A stretch of DNA of 59,847 nt. Origin: Patescibacteria group bacterium. GTDB lineage: Bacteria > Patescibacteriota > Minisyncoccia > Phycocordibacterales > JACZSL01. A program made the translations under genes and the position numbers. The stretch is taken from assembly GCA_022561335.1 (NCBI GenBank), contig JADFRL010000001.1:1-59847 (forward strand), read 5' to 3'. Positions 55,682 to 59,847 of the stretch are shown piece by piece. How positions within the stretch are numbered: position 1 is the first letter of the stretch; each line of letters opens with the position of its first letter. A model generated the notes under the pieces. That model did no database searches and was not told where the DNA came from. It saw only the letters and a list, made by a program, of their open reading frames with translations.

Positions 55682-56160
55682 TACGATACAAATATAGCTC
55701 GCTCAACACGGCGTGGGTTATCGGTATCACACGTGTTGTGTCCTCGAGATTCGATTCGCGTCTGTGAAGGAAATCCGAATTTAGCCACTTCGACGTCCAC
55801 ACATCCATCCCCCACGATGAGCTCAAATGTAGTTGTGGCAGCGTTTGCATCATTGGTTATGCTCCACGTTGTTGCAATGTCTTCACCAACACAATCAACG
55901 CCGTCCCCCGGAGGTATTGAGTCAGTACTTGTGGCAAATGCAGAATCGGTTCCATTGTAATTAAAATCCCAGTTGAGTGCACATTCGATACCCGTATCGG
56001 CCGCATAAAAAGCAAACTGAGACTCTCTGGCCGCAGAACTCAGAAGGACTTCTTTTATGGTTATGTTAAAAATGGCAAGGGCCACGACTAACAGTAGTGA
56101 GCTTATAAGTGAGCCTAGAAGCAATGCAAATCCCCCTTTTGTGTTATTTCCATATCGCAT
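55678..56160 (-). CDS. Pilin-like membrane-anchored protein (PilX-like, lacks Glu+5)
   Basis: KGGFALLLGSLISSLLLVVALAIF. Its stop overlaps the ligA start by 4 nt. Confidence 0.5.
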   Translation of the reverse strand: MRYGNNTKGGFALLLGSLISSLLLVVALAIFNITIKEVLLSSAARESQFAFYAADTGIECALNWDFNYNGTDSAFATSTDSIPPGDGVDCVGEDIATTWSITNDANAATTTFELIVGDGCVDVEVAKFGFPSQTRIESRGHNTCDTDNPRRVERAIFVSY

Positions 56161-56162
56161 AT

Positions 56163-56693
56163 CTAAAAATTTCGCGCCCAGTTAAACATGTTTTCTCGAA
56201 TGGTAAAGCTTCGATCGAGTCCCCCTGTTTTCCACGTTACGACCACGTCGATGACCGCCTCTACATCTGCCACTGTCTCAGTTACTTTCACGGTTCGGAC
56301 AAACGTCGTGTCATTCCCGTTTTTGTAGTTGTAAAAATTATCTATGGGATCATATTTAAGCGGAGCGCACGTCTCGTCACATTCCTTTACTTTCGGAGGC
56401 ACTCTTGACATATCAATAGTACAGCCGTCACCCTCCATGCATTCTTCTATATCTTCATCAAGCCAATCCTCGTTGTCTAGAATATTACTGTCGCGCAAAT
56501 TTTTAATGTATTCGACAGCCTCAACCGTTAAATAAAATGCGGTTACCTGATCTTTAGCCACGAAAGCGGCAGAGAGTCCTCGAGACACTAGCGAAAGTGC
56601 TCCTACTATAGCCACCATAAGAATTGCCACCGCTACCAATGTTTCAAGTAACGTGAAGCCTTTGTTATATCTTATAAGCATGTATGCTTTCAT
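56163..56693 (-). CDS. Minor pilin (PilV-like)
   Basis: KGFTLLETLVAVAILMVAIVGAL. Confidence 0.65.
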   Translation of the reverse strand: MKAYMLIRYNKGFTLLETLVAVAILMVAIVGALSLVSRGLSAAFVAKDQVTAFYLTVEAVEYIKNLRDSNILDNEDWLDEDIEECMEGDGCTIDMSRVPPKVKECDETCAPLKYDPIDNFYNYKNGNDTTFVRTVKVTETVADVEAVIDVVVTWKTGGLDRSFTIRENMFNWARNF

Positions 56694-56697
56694 AAAG

Positions 56698-57342
56698 CTA
56701 AAAATCTATTATCCGCTGTGATACTGTGGTTTGAATTTGAAATTCCGAGGACTCCTTTGGATCTACACCTACAGCACCCCTCAGCGTCATGATTACGTAC
56801 GGCTGCTTATTGTCACCTCGCTTAGCTCCCTGAACGTAGAATCGAAAATCGTCAATAACCACGTTCGGTGCGGTAATGGAAATATAATCACCCCCTAAAC
56901 CCTTCGCGCAGTTCAACTCGCATTTCTCAATGCGGCCGTTAGTGAAGCGGTACACGATTTGATCAGTGGTATCAGACGGATCCCCGTCATTCGCTTCAAA
57001 TGCGAACAACTCTCCTCCGTTTTTACAATCCTTGGGAGCACCAATCTGACCTATCCCCTTACCACCGTCTGGCGGTAAGTTGGGAGAACCAGTTTTACAG
57101 TGATACACAGTCCCGACTCGAATGTTGCGAGCCATACTTTCAAGAGCAAAATTTAAATTGTTCATGACTGATTGTATTGATCGTGCCTTTCGATTTGCAG
57201 AAATAACTGAGGTGAGTGCACCTATGGCAGTAACCATAATAAGGGAAAAGATTGTAAAAGCTACTAGGAGTTCTACAATTGAAAATCCCCGTTCCGCTTT
57301 AACAATATGCCTGTATATTTTGCTGTCTTTTAATATGTACAT
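56698..57342 (-). CDS. Minor pilin (PilW/PulJ-like)
   Basis: RGFSIVELLVAFTIFSLIMVTAIG. Confidence 0.65.
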   Translation of the reverse strand: MYILKDSKIYRHIVKAERGFSIVELLVAFTIFSLIMVTAIGALTSVISANRKARSIQSVMNNLNFALESMARNIRVGTVYHCKTGSPNLPPDGGKGIGQIGAPKDCKNGGELFAFEANDGDPSDTTDQIVYRFTNGRIEKCELNCAKGLGGDYISITAPNVVIDDFRFYVQGAKRGDNKQPYVIMTLRGAVGVDPKESSEFQIQTTVSQRIIDF

Positions 57343-57381
57343 TTCATTAAACAGTGAGAGTCCCCTACTGCGTACTAAATA

Positions 57382-58008
57382 CTATGGTGATTCTACGGTA
57401 ATTTGACCCGTACTAAACACGCGTATAACTCGTTCATTACCCTGCGGTGAACTCACTACAATACGAACACTCCCATACACCTCAGGTGGAACATAATCAG
57501 TTTTAATGATTGCTTCAGGATCGGGCCGGCCAAAAACAATATCGAGTTTTGTTATGTCCGCTGTCGATGCACATCGCTCGACATCACTGCTATTTGTTGT
57601 ACAGAACTCTGAAATAAAATTACCGCGTCCTATGGTAAACACATCAATATCTCCGTCCAGAAGCGCATTGTAATTAAAATCGCGGTCAGTATCGGCAAAT
57701 AAAATGTAGCTTTTTGTGGGCAGTGGAGCCTCAAAATGAACCCCATAGCCGGTATCGAAGGTGGCAGGACCTGATCCCCCTTTATATGCCCGCACTGACA
57801 AACCGAATACTTGTGCTTGCCGTATGGATAGGGCTATGTCATAAGCCAGACTGCCAAGGATAATACTGCTATTGAAACTGGAGTAATTCACCAGCATAGT
57901 ACCCGTAATCATAACTAAAATGCCAGCCACGATGACAAGTTCAACCAGACTGAATCCGCTTGATTTGTCAGAGCTGACTTCAACTTTGAAAGTATGTTTA
58001 ATGTCCAT
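57382..58008 (-). CDS. Minor pilin (GspH/FimT-like)
   Basis: SGFSLVELVIVAGILVMITG. Confidence 0.65.
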   Translation of the reverse strand: MDIKHTFKVEVSSDKSSGFSLVELVIVAGILVMITGTMLVNYSSFNSSIILGSLAYDIALSIRQAQVFGLSVRAYKGGSGPATFDTGYGVHFEAPLPTKSYILFADTDRDFNYNALLDGDIDVFTIGRGNFISEFCTTNSSDVERCASTADITKLDIVFGRPDPEAIIKTDYVPPEVYGSVRIVVSSPQGNERVIRVFSTGQITVESP

Positions 58009-58019
58009 AAGCTGCCTTC

Positions 58020-58820
58020 TTATAAGGTAATGAGCGAAATAATATCTATATCGAAGAAAAACACTATGAAAAAGCCTAGTATGAGAAACGGGGCAAAAGG
58101 CATTTCACTCTTAATTGTAAACACTTTGCGCGTTCCGGACAATTGATATCTTGTACGTATATATGAAAGAGCTAAGAGAAAGACACTTACAGCTGCGCCG
58201 ATCCAAAATGCAAACATGATGGCTGACAGCCCGCCTGCAATACCAAAAAACCACCCTATACCAAGGGCTAATTTCCCGTCACCAAGTCCCATCCATGCTC
58301 CGCTCGAGACAAACCACAAAAAGTAAAACGGTAAAAAAAGCAGCGGACCCGAGGCAAGCACGGAAAATGCGGGTATGTGCACTTGGAGCGTGCCCGGTTC
58401 TACCACCGTAGAGAAGAGTGCTAAAAGTATAAAGGCATATACAAGGCCGTTAGGTATTATTTTATGACGCATATCATAAACAAGGATTGCCACAAGCAGA
58501 CTTGCGATAATTAGCATATAAAAGGTATAGGGCACAGATAACTGTTTAAGAAAAATAGAGACATACAGCAATCCCGTCAATGCTTCAACAAGAGGATATT
58601 GGGGTGAGATGCTGCTCCCACACGTTCTACAGCGCCCCCTGTATAGAAAAAACGACAGCAGAGGAATGAGTTCAAACCATGACAGTTTCTCCCCGCATGA
58701 CAGGCATGCTGACCTCCCTCGAATCGAGAGACCTGTGTTGTATCTGAGCACTACGACATTTAAAAAACTTCCCGCAATGGCACCAAAGGTAAAATAAAAT
58801 ATACCCAGCAAAAAAACCAT
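58020..58820 (-). CDS. pilD: Prepilin peptidase (A24 family)
   Basis: N-terminal CxxC..CxxC (CLSC..CRTC), polytopic, GLGDGKL aspartyl motif. Confidence 0.85.
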   Translation of the reverse strand: MVFLLGIFYFTFGAIAGSFLNVVVLRYNTGLSIRGRSACLSCGEKLSWFELIPLLSFFLYRGRCRTCGSSISPQYPLVEALTGLLYVSIFLKQLSVPYTFYMLIIASLLVAILVYDMRHKIIPNGLVYAFILLALFSTVVEPGTLQVHIPAFSVLASGPLLFLPFYFLWFVSSGAWMGLGDGKLALGIGWFFGIAGGLSAIMFAFWIGAAVSVFLLALSYIRTRYQLSGTRKVFTIKSEMPFAPFLILGFFIVFFFDIDIISLITL

Positions 58821-58915
58821 ACCTCATTATGGCATTTTTTAGGTCAAAATATAGGGTCAGTCCCCACAGGACAAGCACCGAATCCACTTGAGAGGATTGT
58901 GTACCAAGCGCCTAA

Positions 58916-58946
58916 AAACAAACCCCTTGTTTGGAGGGGTTTGTTT
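58916..58946 (-). terminator. Intrinsic terminator after the major pilin gene (12-bp stem AAACAAACCCCT/AGGGGTTTGTTT + TTTTT on minus)
   Basis: Read directly. Confidence 0.65.
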
Positions 58947-58980
58947 AATGCACTTTATATCGCTAACCATCACACACTCG

Positions 58981-59469
58981 TTACGGAGTAAGGTCATAGA
59001 CAGGATCAGCTCCTGATACAAATCCGTCACTTCCAGTACATAGTGGAGTTGGTGCCACTGTCGTGTCCGCATCAGATCCAAGAACAGTGTGACCGCCATC
59101 TTCCATCGTCGCTCCAAGATGGTAATCGAGACATACTGCAGCTGCGGCACTGCCCACTGCATAGTAATAGAAGACAACGTCAGTTACAGGATCAGTAGGC
59201 ATTGGAGATAGAAAATCACCTAAACTCGTACCACCGGAGCATCCGACTGCTGTCGCTGTTGTAAGAGTATTGGGATATTGTCCACAAGAATCAAAATAGA
59301 GCTCAAGAGCAAGTTGAATTTGAGCAATATCAGAAACACGGCGTGCATCTCGAGATTTCTGCCGCGCGCTATTCAAGCTTGCAAGCACAACAGACGATAA
59401 AATACCAATAATGGCGATAACCACCAACAATTCAATAAGTGTAAAACCTTTTTTACTATTAATGTTCAT
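58981..59469 (-). CDS. Type IV major pilin (set B)
   Basis: KKGFTLIELLVVIAIIGILSSVVLASLNSARQKSRDA. Confidence 0.8.
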   Translation of the reverse strand: MNINSKKGFTLIELLVVIAIIGILSSVVLASLNSARQKSRDARRVSDIAQIQLALELYFDSCGQYPNTLTTATAVGCSGGTSLGDFLSPMPTDPVTDVVFYYYAVGSAAAAVCLDYHLGATMEDGGHTVLGSDADTTVAPTPLCTGSDGFVSGADPVYDLTP

Positions 59470-59616
59470 ACTAATTATAATTACTATTATATAATGTCGA
59501 CCGCTCTCAGCTCTTATAAATCCCGCTAAGTAGTGGTAATAGCGTTCTTGCCTTCATTATACTCTCTCAAGAATATGGCTAAACTGCGTTATGTGGATAA
59601 CTTCTACTAATGACTG

Positions 59617-59847
59617 CTAAAAAGAACCGGCTATATTGTAAATGGGAATCAACACTGAAGCCAAGAGAGTGCCAACTCCGAGTCCCAGAACTACAATCAT
59701 AATGGGCTCAATCAAATCAACAAGTGTATCAACGGCATTATTGACTTCCCGCCTGTAGAACTTTGCAAGTGTCCTTAGGATTTTGCTGAGCTCGCCCGTT
59801 TCCTCCCCCACTTTCATCATCTGAACCATGATTCCCGGAATTTGTTT
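59617..59847 (-). CDS. pilC: PilC/GspF-family platform protein, C-terminal part (N-terminus beyond window)
   Basis: ..MVQMMKVGEETGELSKIL...LIPIYNIAGSF. The frame is open to the window edge. Confidence 0.8.
   Translation of the reverse strand, partial: KQIPGIMVQMMKVGEETGELSKILRTLAKFYRREVNNAVDTLVDLIEPIMIVVLGLGVGTLLASVLIPIYNIAGSF

Noticed and set aside
358-59177. Many 60-160-aa ORFs in the track that lie inside or antisense to the long genes (e.g. 358..591, 1704..1892, 8417..8713, 15624..16049, 19773..20174, 21906..22223, 33243..33569, 34260..34760, 41325..41750, 47435..47902, 54365..54859, 58857..59177)
   Set aside because: They are shadow ORFs overlapping clearly homologous genes. Their composition is low-complexity or not protein-like, and they have no independent signals.
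1-59847. CRISPR arrays, rRNA genes, IS elements/transposases, integrases, reverse transcriptase/DGR components
   Set aside because: No regularly spaced short repeats were seen. No ORF product has recombinase, transposase or RT motifs. The repeat families found are all tied to tRNA 3' ends or are the single 31-mer pair.

Overview
This is a low-GC, gene-dense bacterial fragment. Its gene content points to a Patescibacteria/CPR (Parcubacteria-like) genome: many prepilin-type genes, a CPR-style T4SS-pilin-like gene, gatCA, few Shine-Dalgarno sites, and Fe-S-less HhH glycosylases. That assignment is inference only. UGA is used as a stop codon and RF2 is present, so the code is standard (11). Layout: 1-13.7 kb holds housekeeping genes (SBP, RNase J, MFS, three DNA glycosylases, PQQ sugar dehydrogenase, HAD and histidine phosphatases, a metzincin). 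13.8-14.5 kb is a GC-rich patch with a probable structured RNA. 15-23.5 kb holds envelope genes (PspC + LiaF/DUF2807-like, a second metzincin, DedA, MacAB-type efflux with adaptor, T4SS-pilin-like, ICMT-like). 24.6-29.7 kb is a tRNA-Gln-anchored accessory segment (solo GIY-YIG gene, ABC exporter pair, 459-aa protein). 29.7-35.7 kb is core (NUDIX, pyrG, ftsEX, short prfB, two tRNA-Thr, purN). 36-39.4 kb is accessory, with long repeats seeded by the tRNA-Asp 3' end, plus tRNA-Asp, tRNA-Met and a truncated initiator-tRNA copy. 39.7-50.1 kb is type IV pilus set A (2 pilins, PilM, 4-5 minor pilins, PilC, PilB) with two receiver proteins and a histidine kinase. It ends at an intact initiator tRNA (50.2 kb). 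50.5-55.7 kb holds an SH3b-repeat protein, gatA, gatC and ligA. 55.7-59.8 kb is pilus set B (4 pilin-like genes, PilD, major pilin, partial PilC). The main hunt result: three separate tRNA genes (Gln, Asp, initiator Met) have their 3' portions duplicated as direct repeats that bracket accessory DNA, yet no integrase or transposase is visible anywhere in the window. One repeat family carries a hairpin whose only stem differences are fully compensatory. No CRISPR array, rRNA or recognisable IS was seen.
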